In this document: positions 29,872 through 39,769 of the stretch, in pieces
Layout of the letters: every line of letters starts with the position of its first letter
How positions within the stretch are numbered: the first letter of the stretch is position 1
NCBI GenBank assembly: GCA_031372465.1
Contig: JANMLJ010000244.1
Span: forward strand, 201-64,200
Reading direction: 5' to 3'
Source of the DNA: Chitinophagaceae bacterium
GTDB lineage: Bacteria > Bacteroidota > Bacteroidia > Chitinophagales > Chitinophagaceae
Length of the DNA stretch: 64,000 bases
Made by a program: the position numbers and the translations under genes
Notes under the pieces: generated by a model
The model's input: only the letters and a program-made list of their open reading frames with translations
Database searches by the model: none
What the model was told of the DNA's origin: nothing

Positions 29872-30060
29872 TCAGAAATCACGAACTGCGCGTACATGAA
29901 GTTCAAGTGACCTGGAGTTGAGATCCTTATCACCATCGCTGAAATTTATGTTCCAGGCATCTTTGGATAACACGGTAACTTCCTCATCCTCCACCGAAAC
30001 GCTCCAATAACCATTGCTATTAAAACCTCCGACAACTTTTCTTTGATGATACAACAGATA
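29872..30060 (-). pseudogene. C-terminal fragment of a DUF1566 (Lcl-like) domain protein
   Basis: LYHQRKVVGGF...YWS...AWNINFSDG...VRAVRDF is a typical DUF1566 C-terminus. There is no room for an N-terminus before the GH3 gene. Confidence 0.6.
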
Positions 30061-30115
30061 TAATTTCCTTTTTTTATATAGTCAAAAAATAAACCGTGCA
30101 AATTTTTAAACAAGA

Positions 30116-32791
30116 TCAGTCCTTAACCGTCAACATCTCTTTTAGTTTAATATCTCTTGAAGAAGCCCCAACCATAATCCTGAAATCACCGGGTTCAACT
30201 ATTTGTTGCAAATTTATATTCAACATTGATAGCATCTCCGGTGTTATGACAAACGAAACAATTTTCGACTCGCCGGTTTCTACATGAATTCGTTGAAATC
30301 CTTTTAGTTCCATTACTGGCCTGGCTACAGAAGAAAGCTGATCACGTATATACAATTGTACTACTTCGTCGCCCTCTCTTTTGCCACTATTTTTTATAGT
30401 AAACGATACTGTGGTGGATTCATTTTTATTAATGATGTGTTTGCTCAGCTTAATATCGCTGTATTCAAATGTTGTATAGCTTAATCCATATCCGAATGGA
30501 AAAAGCGGCAGGCCCGATAAATTAGTATAATCATCACCCCGGCCCGTTGGTTTATGATGATATACCAATGGCAATTGTGCTTCATCCGCTGGAAATGTAA
30601 TGGGTAATCTTCCGGCAGGATTATAAGTACCAAATAATACATCTGCAACAGCATGACCACCTTCTTCGCCGGGATACCACACATCAACAATGGCAGGAAC
30701 TTTGTCGATCCAGTTATTCATCGTGATAGCGCTGCCGCCAACCAATACAACAACAACCGGTTTTCCTGTTGCTGCAATGGCAGTAATCATTTCTTCCTGG
30801 TGACCGGGCAATGAAAGTAAGGCCCGGTCCTGGAATTCTCCTTCTGTAATACCAACTGCAACAATGGCGATATCAGACTGCCTTGCAATAGCAACTGCTT
30901 TATCTATTTTATTTTTCCAGTTATTTATTACGCCAATATTCCAGATCAATTTGATCGTAGCATTTCCGTTAGGTTCAAAAAACTCTATACGTATATCATA
31001 TTGCTTTCCTTTTTCAAAAGAAAAATCAGCAAGGCTTGTTGTAAACGTTTGTTTTTTCCAATTATCAATGATCAATTTACTATCAATGAATAAGCGGTAA
31101 CCATCATTTCCTTCCAGGCCAATCTTATAGGTGCCTGTTGCCGGAGCATTCAGCTGTCCTGTCCACCGGACCGAATAAAAATCAACCGGAATAGTGGGGT
31201 CGGGGCCATAAAGCGTCCAATGAAAATTAATACTTTTATCAATTCTCTTTATAGTTGCTGCGCCATTTAATGTTATGTTAGTAAAATATTCAGCCTGCAG
31301 GCCTTCTGTATTATTATAGTTCAGCTGTTTTGATGGAACAATAACATACTCATCATTTGTACGGCCGCAACCTGGAGCATAAGAAATTTTAATTTTATTT
31401 CCTGCTTTGGCTTTTATTCCTTCAAGTATGCTGACTTTATTATTACCCGGACCGCTGTAGCCACCAAGTCTGGCTTCTGTAGCATCCAATCCAATAACAG
31501 TTATTGAACGAATATTTTTAGAAAGTGGTAATACGTTTTTCTCCTGCCCCGGTATACGGGAATTTTTTAGTAACACAATTGATTCAAGAGCAGCTTGCTT
31601 TGCAATAACTTTCTGTTCGGGTGGAGTTGCTGCTTCCAAATGTATTGCCGTATATGGATTTTCAAACAAACCCAGCTCAAACTTTGCTTTCAACACTCGT
31701 GCAACAGCATCATTCAACCTGGTGCTATCAATGCTTCCATCAAGAAAAGGAGGAATAAATAGTTTATGATGTTTGTAATCCGTTTGAAAAATAACATCGA
31801 GTCCATTGGTGATTGCATGTTGTCCGCTTGCCGGATAATCTTTCGCCGTGTTGTGCAATACCAGTTCTCCTCCCACCGCATTAGCATCTGAAATAACAAA
31901 GCCATCGAAACCCCATTGTTTTTTTAATTTCTCCTGCAACAACCAGTTGTTGGCGGAGCAGGCAACACCATCCAATGAATTATAGGAAGTCATCACTGAC
32001 CTGGAGCCGCCTTTTTCAAAACAGGCTTTGAAGGGAGGAAAATAAATTTCTTCCAATAACCTTTCATTGAAATGAATGGGATAACTATCTCTGCCGCCGT
32101 CGCCTACATTGGCAATAAAATGTTTAGGCGTAGTGATGATTCCTTTTTTTTCAAAAGCAGTTACAAAAGCTACCCCCATGGCTGAAGTAAGAAACGGATC
32201 TTCGCCATAGGTTTCTTCCGTTCTTCCCCAACGAACATCTGACGCAATGTTTACAACCGGAGATAATATCTGGCGGATTCCTCTTTGTTTGGCTTCGTCT
32301 GCAATTACATTCGCCACTTTGTTCATCAGTGCAGTATCCCAGGTAGCTGCCAATGCGATAGCTTGCGGAAAAACGGTGGCGCCATCTCTCACCAAACCAT
32401 GGAGTGCTTCATCAAAAGGAATGATGGGAATACCCAATCTTGTTTTTTCTACAAAATATTTTTGAATGGCATTAATCTTCTTTGCAAGCACATGGGCATT
32501 TTCTTTTGCATCATATTTTAGTAGTTGACCGCCAGCATCTCCTTTTGCTGCAGCACTTACCTGGAAACCAAAAAGCCCGCTCCTGTATTGCGCAGTATCA
32601 GCATTATCCAAATCACCGGGAATCATAAACAATTGCCAGAATTTTTCTTCGGGGGTCATACGGTTGAGAAGATTCCGAACTCTTTTTTCAATGGGTTGTG
32701 ATTTGTCTTTATAAATAGGACGGTCCTGGGAAAATGCAACACAGCAATACCCGGCCAGCAAAAAGAAAAAAAGAAAATTTTTTTTACGCAT
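30116..32791 (-). CDS. GH3 beta-glucosidase/xylosidase with PA14 insert and Fn3-like domain
   Basis: TRLGIP, DEALHG, RWGRTEETYGEDP, KHF, FVISD, PA14 YSVRWTG, PFGYGLSYT, ELKGF. Confidence 0.93.
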   Translation of the reverse strand: MRKKNFLFFFLLAGYCCVAFSQDRPIYKDKSQPIEKRVRNLLNRMTPEEKFWQLFMIPGDLDNADTAQYRSGLFGFQVSAAAKGDAGGQLLKYDAKENAHVLAKKINAIQKYFVEKTRLGIPIIPFDEALHGLVRDGATVFPQAIALAATWDTALMNKVANVIADEAKQRGIRQILSPVVNIASDVRWGRTEETYGEDPFLTSAMGVAFVTAFEKKGIITTPKHFIANVGDGGRDSYPIHFNERLLEEIYFPPFKACFEKGGSRSVMTSYNSLDGVACSANNWLLQEKLKKQWGFDGFVISDANAVGGELVLHNTAKDYPASGQHAITNGLDVIFQTDYKHHKLFIPPFLDGSIDSTRLNDAVARVLKAKFELGLFENPYTAIHLEAATPPEQKVIAKQAALESIVLLKNSRIPGQEKNVLPLSKNIRSITVIGLDATEARLGGYSGPGNNKVSILEGIKAKAGNKIKISYAPGCGRTNDEYVIVPSKQLNYNNTEGLQAEYFTNITLNGAATIKRIDKSINFHWTLYGPDPTIPVDFYSVRWTGQLNAPATGTYKIGLEGNDGYRLFIDSKLIIDNWKKQTFTTSLADFSFEKGKQYDIRIEFFEPNGNATIKLIWNIGVINNWKNKIDKAVAIARQSDIAIVAVGITEGEFQDRALLSLPGHQEEMITAIAATGKPVVVVLVGGSAITMNNWIDKVPAIVDVWYPGEEGGHAVADVLFGTYNPAGRLPITFPADEAQLPLVYHHKPTGRGDDYTNLSGLPLFPFGYGLSYTTFEYSDIKLSKHIINKNESTTVSFTIKNSGKREGDEVVQLYIRDQLSSVARPVMELKGFQRIHVETGESKIVSFVITPEMLSMLNINLQQIVEPGDFRIMVGASSRDIKLKEMLTVKD

Positions 32792-33025
32792 ATATACTTC
32801 TGATTAACCGGAGCGGGGGTAAAATATAAAAACATCAGCAATAACGCAGGTTTTTTTGTGCCCGGGCCTTTAAGAAGTTTTCTAAAAAAGAAATGTTTTT
32901 ACCAAGAAAACACTGAGAAAAAAGATTTGAATTTCATCCTCCCGTGACTTTTAGCAATTGCGGCAAAAAATAGCAGGAACGTAGAAATAAAGGCTGAGTG
33001 TTTCAAAATTATCAAAATAGTATTA

Positions 33026-33054
33026 AGTTTACTGTTTATAGTAAAGAGTAAACT
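33026..33054. promoter_or_regulatory. 29-bp near-perfect palindrome abutting the start codon (candidate operator)
   Basis: AGTTTACT-G-TTTA-TAG-TAAA-G-AGTAAACT ends immediately before the ATG at 33055. Confidence 0.55.
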
Positions 33055-34038
33055 ATGGGTATTGAATACCAATTAATTAAGCATTTAAGAGAACACCTTG
33101 AAACATCTCCAAAGGAGTTGGCCGAGGTTTTAGGTGTATCAAAACAGACCATTCACCGTATTCTGGCAAAGCTAGTTGAAAATGATTTTGTTGAAAAAAT
33201 TGGTCGTTCTCCAAAGGTTTTTTACCGGTTAAAGGAAAAGTCGCTTGAAAAAATCGGTGGGGATCGGGGGTTAACTGAAAATGAAAAAGTTTTCCTGCAG
33301 GAACATTTTAATCTTTTTACAGAAACCGGAAATGAGTTGAATGGTATGGAAGCATTTGAACGCTGGTGCTTCAAACAAAAACTGCCTTTACAAAAAACAG
33401 TTGATGAATTTATAAAGACAAGAGAAAAATACCTTGCTTATTTTGGCACCAATAAACTAATTAACGGCACCAAAAAATTAAAAACCACCAAAGGGTTTGA
33501 CAAGATTTGTATTGATGAAATGTATTATGGAGATTTCTATGCTATTGAACGTTTTGGGAAAACGAAGCTTGGTAATCTCCTACATTTTGCCAAACAGGGA
33601 CAAAGCAGAATATTGATGGAAAAGATATGTGTACTGCTAAAACCTGAAATTGAAAAACTTATTGAGAAAATGAAAATTGATGCGGTGGGTTTTATTCCGC
33701 CAACCATTAAAAGAGAGCTACAGTTTATGAATTACATGAAACGTTTTTTCAATTTTTCGCTGCCGCATATTAACCTTAAAAAAGTAAGCGGTTTAATTCC
33801 TGTTCCACAAAAGGCCCTGGCTAAACTGGAAGATCGAATAAGCAATGCAAGAGCCAGTATAGTGGTGGATGATAAAAGAAGTTTTAGCAAAATTTTGCTG
33901 ATTGACGATGCGGTTGGCAGTGGTGCAACAATCAATGAAACCGCCTGTAAACTAAAACTAAAGAAAATGACATCAACGGTAATTGCTTTTGCAGTAGTGG
34001 GAAGCTTTAAGGGTTTTGACGTACTACAGGAAGTATAA
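33055..34038 (+). CDS. Winged-HTH + type I phosphoribosyltransferase (ComF-like) fusion
   Basis: N-terminal SPKELAEVLGVSKQTIHRIL HTH; C-terminal ILLIDDAVGSGATINE PRPP-binding loop. Confidence 0.8.
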   Translation: MGIEYQLIKHLREHLETSPKELAEVLGVSKQTIHRILAKLVENDFVEKIGRSPKVFYRLKEKSLEKIGGDRGLTENEKVFLQEHFNLFTETGNELNGMEAFERWCFKQKLPLQKTVDEFIKTREKYLAYFGTNKLINGTKKLKTTKGFDKICIDEMYYGDFYAIERFGKTKLGNLLHFAKQGQSRILMEKICVLLKPEIEKLIEKMKIDAVGFIPPTIKRELQFMNYMKRFFNFSLPHINLKKVSGLIPVPQKALAKLEDRISNARASIVVDDKRSFSKILLIDDAVGSGATINETACKLKLKKMTSTVIAFAVVGSFKGFDVLQEV

Positions 34039-34367
34039 TTAATAGGAAGAAATTTGATATCCTGGAATTTTATATGCTCTGGTCAGTATAAATCTCCTTC
34101 GTTGATGAAGTTTACCCAACCTTGCAATGCAATCGTTTGGTAGTGTAATTGAATATCCGAAAGTCCAGATCACCGGATTTTCCACAGTATCCCCAAAAAA
34201 GAAAATGGTCTTTTGCCTTAATAAAAGATAGATGGAAAATGGTAATGGTATGCACATTTAAGAATAAGCAAGTTGCCCCGAAGCAGACCTAAACATATAG
34301 CAGGTTTCATTCAATCACTTTGAAATCGGTCGCTACGGGGCACCCTAAAGCGAAAAAGCCCACAAAA

Positions 34368-34405
34368 AGAAAAAGCCCAAACGAAATTTCGCCTGGGCTT
34401 TTTCT
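34368..34405. terminator. Bidirectional intrinsic terminator, probably the displaced native tRNA-Phe terminator
   Basis: AGAAAAAGCCCA ... TGGGCTTTTTCT hairpin directly downstream (minus strand) of the duplicated tRNA 3' end. Confidence 0.75.
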
Positions 34406-34413
34406 GCTTTAGG

Positions 34414-34426
34414 GTGGTGTGGGGCG
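34414..34426 (-). repeat. att site: duplicated 3' end of tRNA-Phe
   Basis: GTGGTGTGGGGCG is identical to 63451-63463. Confidence 0.85.
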
Positions 34427-34540
34427 TCCTCTTGAATACTTTGATAAACACCCTTAATTCAGTTAAGTACCTGATTTGTAATCTTATTGTTTCCGGTTTA
34501 CACGTGTCTGTACCAGTTTAAATCGTTTCTATTTTGATAT

Positions 34541-34566
34541 TTCTGCGCACGGTTCTGTGCACTGAA
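34541..34566. repeat. Candidate integrase arm-type site (left copy)
   Basis: TTCTGCGCACGGTTCTGTGCACTGAA, 24/26 identical to 63385-63410. Confidence 0.7.
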
Positions 34567-34673
34567 ATCATTAAAGAGCCAACACCAAAATCGAAAACCA
34601 GTAAATAGTTGAAAAAACCAGAGGCCTTGACATTCTAATTAAAGGTTCAAAAGACCAGGAAAGGAATTGGTAA

Positions 34674-35936
34674 TCATTGCTTTTTTTGGCCAATCATTTC
34701 CAGATTTGCATAATCATATTGCCCCGGTGTTCCGGTAATTACAAAAGCCCCCGACGTTTTATTTGTTTCTTCATCAATTAATATGCCTCTTCCGGTTGTC
34801 TTCCTGGATGTGAAAAGATCATATGCCATAGCTCTTTTTACCAGGATATTAACGCTGGCAAAATCATTTACTAAAACCTTTCCATCAAAATTATCTTTCT
34901 CATAAGTGTCATTGTTGATTTTATATTCTATTGAGGTGATCCGACATTTTATTTCCATACTGTGCATTTTCAAAAAATATTCTTTGCCCGTTTCCAACGG
35001 CGTTGTTGGGTCAAGCCAGCAAAGTTCAGTAGTAAAATTCGTGTTGCATACTGGGGAGTCATGTGAATGAGAAATAATATCACCTCTCCTGGCTTTCATA
35101 TCATTTGTAAGTGACAAACTAATATTCTGGCCTGCTTGGGCCTCCTTAACTTCCTTAAAGTTATGAGTGATCTTTTCAACAGTTGAAAGTCTTCCGCCCG
35201 GGTTAATCAATATAGTATCACCCAGCATTATCTTACCCGCTAGAAGTTTACCCAAATAAACCAAACCAATGGAACATTGTATACTTAGCCGCAGAGAGGT
35301 AGTATCATCATTGAGAATGACAAGGGTTTCCAAACATTCCAGCAAAGTTTTCCCGGTATACCAGGGCATTTTTTCTGAAGGAGCAGAAATATTATCTCCA
35401 ACTAAAGCGCTGACCGGAATGAATTGTATATCGGGCAATTTTAATTTTGTGGAAACAGATAAATACTCATCCCGCAATTGTGTAAATAAGCCCTCATCAT
35501 ATCCAACTAGGTCCATTTTATTGACCGCAATTATAACAGCAGGTACTTTAAGAAAAGAAGCGACCTGGCTATGCCTTTTCGTTTGGTCCGTAATTCCATT
35601 CCGGGCATCAATAAGGATTATCATGAGGTCAACATTGGATGCCCCACTGACAAGATTCCCGGTGTATTGGAAATGTCCCGGCGCATCACTGATGATATAT
35701 TCCCGGTGTGCCGTTGAAAAGTATTTGTAGGCAACATCAATAGTTATCCCTTGTTCCCTTTCCGACCGCAGGCCATCTGTAAGAAACGCCAGGTTCATGG
35801 CATTATCATCCCCAGGTACAGACAAAGATTCTAATATATCTTGCTTGATACTGGACGTATTGTACAGCAAGCGGCCAATGAGAGTGCTTTTACCATCGTT
35901 AATACTTCCTGCAGTTGTAAATCGCAATAATTCCAT
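34674..35936 (-). CDS. cysN: Sulfate adenylyltransferase subunit 1 (GTPase)
   Basis: LRFTTAGSINDGKST, EREQGITIDVAY, DAPGH, NKMD, PVSAL. Confidence 0.93.
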   Translation of the reverse strand: MELLRFTTAGSINDGKSTLIGRLLYNTSSIKQDILESLSVPGDDNAMNLAFLTDGLRSEREQGITIDVAYKYFSTAHREYIISDAPGHFQYTGNLVSGASNVDLMIILIDARNGITDQTKRHSQVASFLKVPAVIIAVNKMDLVGYDEGLFTQLRDEYLSVSTKLKLPDIQFIPVSALVGDNISAPSEKMPWYTGKTLLECLETLVILNDDTTSLRLSIQCSIGLVYLGKLLAGKIMLGDTILINPGGRLSTVEKITHNFKEVKEAQAGQNISLSLTNDMKARRGDIISHSHDSPVCNTNFTTELCWLDPTTPLETGKEYFLKMHSMEIKCRITSIEYKINNDTYEKDNFDGKVLVNDFASVNILVKRAMAYDLFTSRKTTGRGILIDEETNKTSGAFVITGTPGQYDYANLEMIGQKKQ

Positions 35937-35941
35937 AGTAT

Positions 35942-36835
35942 TTAAAAATAACCTTTCGATTTCCTGTCTTCCATTCCTGCATCGCTGATACGGTCATCGA
36001 TTCTTGTTTCACCCCGCTCACTGATCCGCGATCGACAGATCTCATTGATCACCTCATCAATTGTAGAAGCTTCTGATTCAATGGCTGCAGTGCAGGTCAT
36101 ATCCCCTACGGTTCGATACCTCACATTTTTAGTAGTAATACTATCGCCGGGATCCAGTCTGATAAAATCGGATAAAGCTATCAACTGTCCATTGTAGTGC
36201 AGACATTTTCTTGGGTGGGAAAAATAAAGCGAAGGAATAATGATCTTTTCACGTCGAATATAATTCCAGACATTAAGTTCGGTCCAGTTACTGATGGGAA
36301 AGACCCGGATGTTTTCCCCTTTATGAATCCTGCCATTATAAATATTCCATAGCTCGGGTCGCTGATTGTAAGGTTGCCAGGCACCTGTTTCATCGCGAAA
36401 GGAAAATATGCGCTCCTTTGCCCTAGCTTTTTCCTCATCTCTTCTCCCGCCACCAATGCAGGCATCAAATCCAAACTCCTGGATTGCATCGAGCAATGTA
36501 ACAGATTGTAATGTATTTCTGCTTGCAAATTTGTCCCTGGGCTCGGTCAGGTTTTTTTCCCGGATGCTGTCTGCCACTTTTCGAACAATTAATTCCAGGT
36601 TTTTTTGTCTGACTAATTCATCACGGAAAGTCAGTGCCTCTGGAAAATTATGTCCGGTATCAATATGCATGACGGGAAATGGAAATTTAGCCGGATAGAA
36701 TGCTTTTGCACTGATATGGATCAGTAAAGTAGAATCCTTGCCTCCTGAAAAAAGTAATACCGGTCGCATAAATTGCCCGTAAGCTTCTCTTAAAATATGA
36801 ATCGCTTCTTCTTCAAGTATATCTAAATTCTCCAT
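35942..36835 (-). CDS. cysD: Sulfate adenylyltransferase subunit 2
   Basis: FSGGKDS, GGRRDEEKARAKER, NQRPELW, RYRTVGD. Confidence 0.96.
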   Translation of the reverse strand: MENLDILEEEAIHILREAYGQFMRPVLLFSGGKDSTLLIHISAKAFYPAKFPFPVMHIDTGHNFPEALTFRDELVRQKNLELIVRKVADSIREKNLTEPRDKFASRNTLQSVTLLDAIQEFGFDACIGGGRRDEEKARAKERIFSFRDETGAWQPYNQRPELWNIYNGRIHKGENIRVFPISNWTELNVWNYIRREKIIIPSLYFSHPRKCLHYNGQLIALSDFIRLDPGDSITTKNVRYRTVGDMTCTAAIESEASTIDEVINEICRSRISERGETRIDDRISDAGMEDRKSKGYF

Positions 36836-37125
36836 TCCGATGTATTTATTTAGCCCTGAAATTATTTGTTCTGTAACACATCACTCCAAAATGAATGAAA
36901 GTCGGAAAGACATCCGGTGAAAACTTCTTTTTTTCCAAGCCACTCAAATTTACAACCAATCGAAGATAAAAACCGGATATCCATTCATAACTTGTGAATG
37001 ATATGAGGCTGATATAACAACTTATTCCTGACCATTTGGATACCTTTTTTCATTTTACGATAATCGAGAACTGCTTTCAAATCAGGTTTCATCTTACAGA
37101 AAATTAAAAACAATTTATCAATCTT

Positions 37126-37980
37126 ATGGACAAGCAAATAAAACCAAAATCAAGAACAATACTAATTACTGGAGTATCCTCCGGAATTGGTTATGGAACG
37201 ACAAAAGAACTGATTAATCGTAATTACACGATATTTGGAAGCGTTAGAAAGCAAGAAGATGCTCAACGGCTTAAAGCCGAATTGGGGGATAGATTTATCC
37301 CACTTGTTTTCGACGTAACGGATCAAGCCTCGATTGAAAGGGCTGCTGACCAGGTACAAACTCAATTGAAGGGAACTGGATTGGGTGGCCTCATCAACAA
37401 CTCAGGCATCTCTGTTTCTGGACCAGTTGAACATCTGACCATTGACAAAGTGGAACACAATTTTAACGTGAATGTTTTGGGTATTTTTAGAGTTACAAAA
37501 ATTTTTCTCCCCCTTCTGGGCACCCGGAGAGAGCATCCTGCTCTTCCGGGCCGTATACTCAATATCAGTTCGGTGTCAGGTAAAATTTCGGCCCCCTATA
37601 TGGCTCCGTATACCGGTACGAAACATGCAGTTGAAGGAATTTCACATTGTCTTAGAAAAGAATTGCTCCCTTTTGGCATTGAAGTAGTGATCATCGGGCC
37701 AGGTCAGGTTCAAACTCCTATTTGGGATAAAGGTTCATTAGATGAGTTTAAGGACACACAATATATTTCTTCCATGATGAAATTCTTCAAATACTTAGTC
37801 ACTAAAGGAAAGAAAGGCATGGCTCTCGATGATTGCTCACGCAGAATTGCCAATATTTTTGAAACCGAAAAACCAAGGATCCGCTATGCACTTATTCAAA
37901 ATAAATTTCAAAACTGGATTCTACCATTGTTATTGCCCGACCGGGTTGCGGATCGATTCTTATTAAAGAACCTGATGTAA
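37126..37980 (+). CDS. Classical short-chain dehydrogenase/reductase
   Basis: TGVSSGIG, NNSG, NISS, YTGTK (YxxxK). Confidence 0.9.
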   Translation: MDKQIKPKSRTILITGVSSGIGYGTTKELINRNYTIFGSVRKQEDAQRLKAELGDRFIPLVFDVTDQASIERAADQVQTQLKGTGLGGLINNSGISVSGPVEHLTIDKVEHNFNVNVLGIFRVTKIFLPLLGTRREHPALPGRILNISSVSGKISAPYMAPYTGTKHAVEGISHCLRKELLPFGIEVVIIGPGQVQTPIWDKGSLDEFKDTQYISSMMKFFKYLVTKGKKGMALDDCSRRIANIFETEKPRIRYALIQNKFQNWILPLLLPDRVADRFLLKNLM

Positions 37981-38004
37981 TATCAGTGAAAGTTAAAAGC
38001 GGCA

Positions 38005-38805
38005 TCAATCAGGCGGGGAAAACAAATAGCGGAGTTTATTTAAAATGCCATTAATCTTAGGCAATTCCTTTATCACCCGTATATACTCATGCGTGATTAT
38101 TTTATAAGGGTCATTCGTATGGATGGGATGCGTGATTCCGTAATTAGCGGATTTTTCTTCTTTAGCATACGTGCCAAAAAGATGATCAAATATCATCAGC
38201 ACTGCACCCATGTTTTTATCAAGGTATTCCGGATTGGTGCCGTGATGCACACGGTGATTGGAGGGGGTATTGAATATCCAATCCAGAACACCCAGTTTAC
38301 CGACCTTTTCGGTGTGAACTAAAAAATTTTGAATGGATGAAAAGGTTTCATGGAACAATACAATAACTGGCGGAATCCCTAAAAAACATAGTGGTGTCCA
38401 AAAAAGAAAACGGTAAAAACTCTGGAAAAAATTAATACGATATCCATGGGACATATTAAAATATTCGGAAGAATGGTGTGTTACATGAGATGCCCATAAG
38501 ATCCGAGTTTTATGCCCGAGCAAATGATAGATATACTGTACAAAATCACAAGCCACAAAACCAACTATCCATAACCACCAGGACATCTCGGGTTTGAAAA
38601 TCGAGAAATGATAGCATAACAAAAAAACACCGTATGCCATCGTTTTAACAAGCAAATCGATCAGAAAGTATACTATGCCAAGTAAAATATTTGATTTTGC
38701 ATCCTTTATCATATTCTTATCGGGTGCACGAAAAATGACAAAAATTAATTCAAAGATTGTTGAAGTTAATATTATACCTATCCCAACAAGATTGAATGTA
38801 TCCAT
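38005..38805 (-). CDS. Fatty acid hydroxylase/sterol desaturase family membrane diiron enzyme (alkylglycerol monooxygenase-like)
   Basis: His boxes HLLGH, HVTHH, HRVHH; TPSNH, LDKNMG, FDHLFGT. Confidence 0.88.
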   Translation of the reverse strand: MDTFNLVGIGIILTSTIFELIFVIFRAPDKNMIKDAKSNILLGIVYFLIDLLVKTMAYGVFLLCYHFSIFKPEMSWWLWIVGFVACDFVQYIYHLLGHKTRILWASHVTHHSSEYFNMSHGYRINFFQSFYRFLFWTPLCFLGIPPVIVLFHETFSSIQNFLVHTEKVGKLGVLDWIFNTPSNHRVHHGTNPEYLDKNMGAVLMIFDHLFGTYAKEEKSANYGITHPIHTNDPYKIITHEYIRVIKELPKINGILNKLRYLFSPPD

Positions 38806-39002
38806 GGTTTAGAAATTAATGTCCTTTCTTTATGTAGAAGGATTCTTCTATAAACAAACTGATACGGTCCGAATTTATTTCAATTTCTCCTCTATGACTC
38901 CGATATTGAGCTTTATAAAAGTATTAAACTTATTTTATTTGTCAACAACTATTGCCAGTGCCATAAATCCATTTTTCCACTTAAAAGTTTAGCCAATATG
39001 CT

Positions 39003-39752
39003 TCAAACAGCATAATCCCAACACGAAAGATCCCAATCACCTCCTTCAATAGCTATTGCAGCAGCATAATCATTTCCGGGAAATATATCCTGTACATACC
39101 AATACTGATTCTCTATATTGTTTTCTTTCAATGTAACAGAAGACAAACCACTTCCGCTTATTGATGAAACATCACACTGTTCCATTGGAAAAGAAATTCC
39201 TTCGCCTCTTGCCTTGAGAATTGCTTCTTTTCTTGTCCAGTATTGAAAGAATAACTCAGTCCGTTTATTTTTATTGATCTTCCCAAGTAAACTGATCTCA
39301 CCTTGCGAAAAGAATTTATGAGCAATCTCTTCGATTTTTACATCGTCCCGTATACGTTCGATATCAATACCAATTTTTTTAATTCGGGTTATCGCATAAA
39401 GTGCAAATGCGCCTGAGTGGGAAAGGTTAAAACAGAGGTTGTCGTTACCAGAGTCAGTTACAAGTGATGGTTTACCATATGAGGTATATTCAAAACGGAT
39501 ATCATTAGGATTCTCTCCAAGATAATGGCCAAGTATCCTACGAAGCATACCACGTGCCGCAATGAATCGTCTTTTATCCCTTTCAAAATGAAACCGTCCT
39601 GCTCTTGCCAATTCATCAACCGAAAGAGATTTCAACAAGTTTTCAAATTCATCTGTCGATACATCAAGAAACACACGCCAAACATGAGCCTCGTTGGAAT
39701 TGATCAATTCCCCGGGAATTGTTGAATGCCATTGTAATTCATCAGTATTCAT
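39003..39752 (-). CDS. Sfp-type 4'-phosphopantetheinyl transferase
   Basis: YGKP, FNLSHS, IGIDIE, WTRKEAILKARG. Confidence 0.95.
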   Translation of the reverse strand: MNTDELQWHSTIPGELINSNEAHVWRVFLDVSTDEFENLLKSLSVDELARAGRFHFERDKRRFIAARGMLRRILGHYLGENPNDIRFEYTSYGKPSLVTDSGNDNLCFNLSHSGAFALYAITRIKKIGIDIERIRDDVKIEEIAHKFFSQGEISLLGKINKNKRTELFFQYWTRKEAILKARGEGISFPMEQCDVSSISGSGLSSVTLKENNIENQYWYVQDIFPGNDYAAAIAIEGGDWDLSCWDYAV

Positions 39753-39769
39753 GAGTAATAAAATCAATT

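Noticed and set aside
34039-34257. 72-aa minus-strand ORF near the att site
   Set aside because: No recognisable motif; it cannot be supported as a gene.
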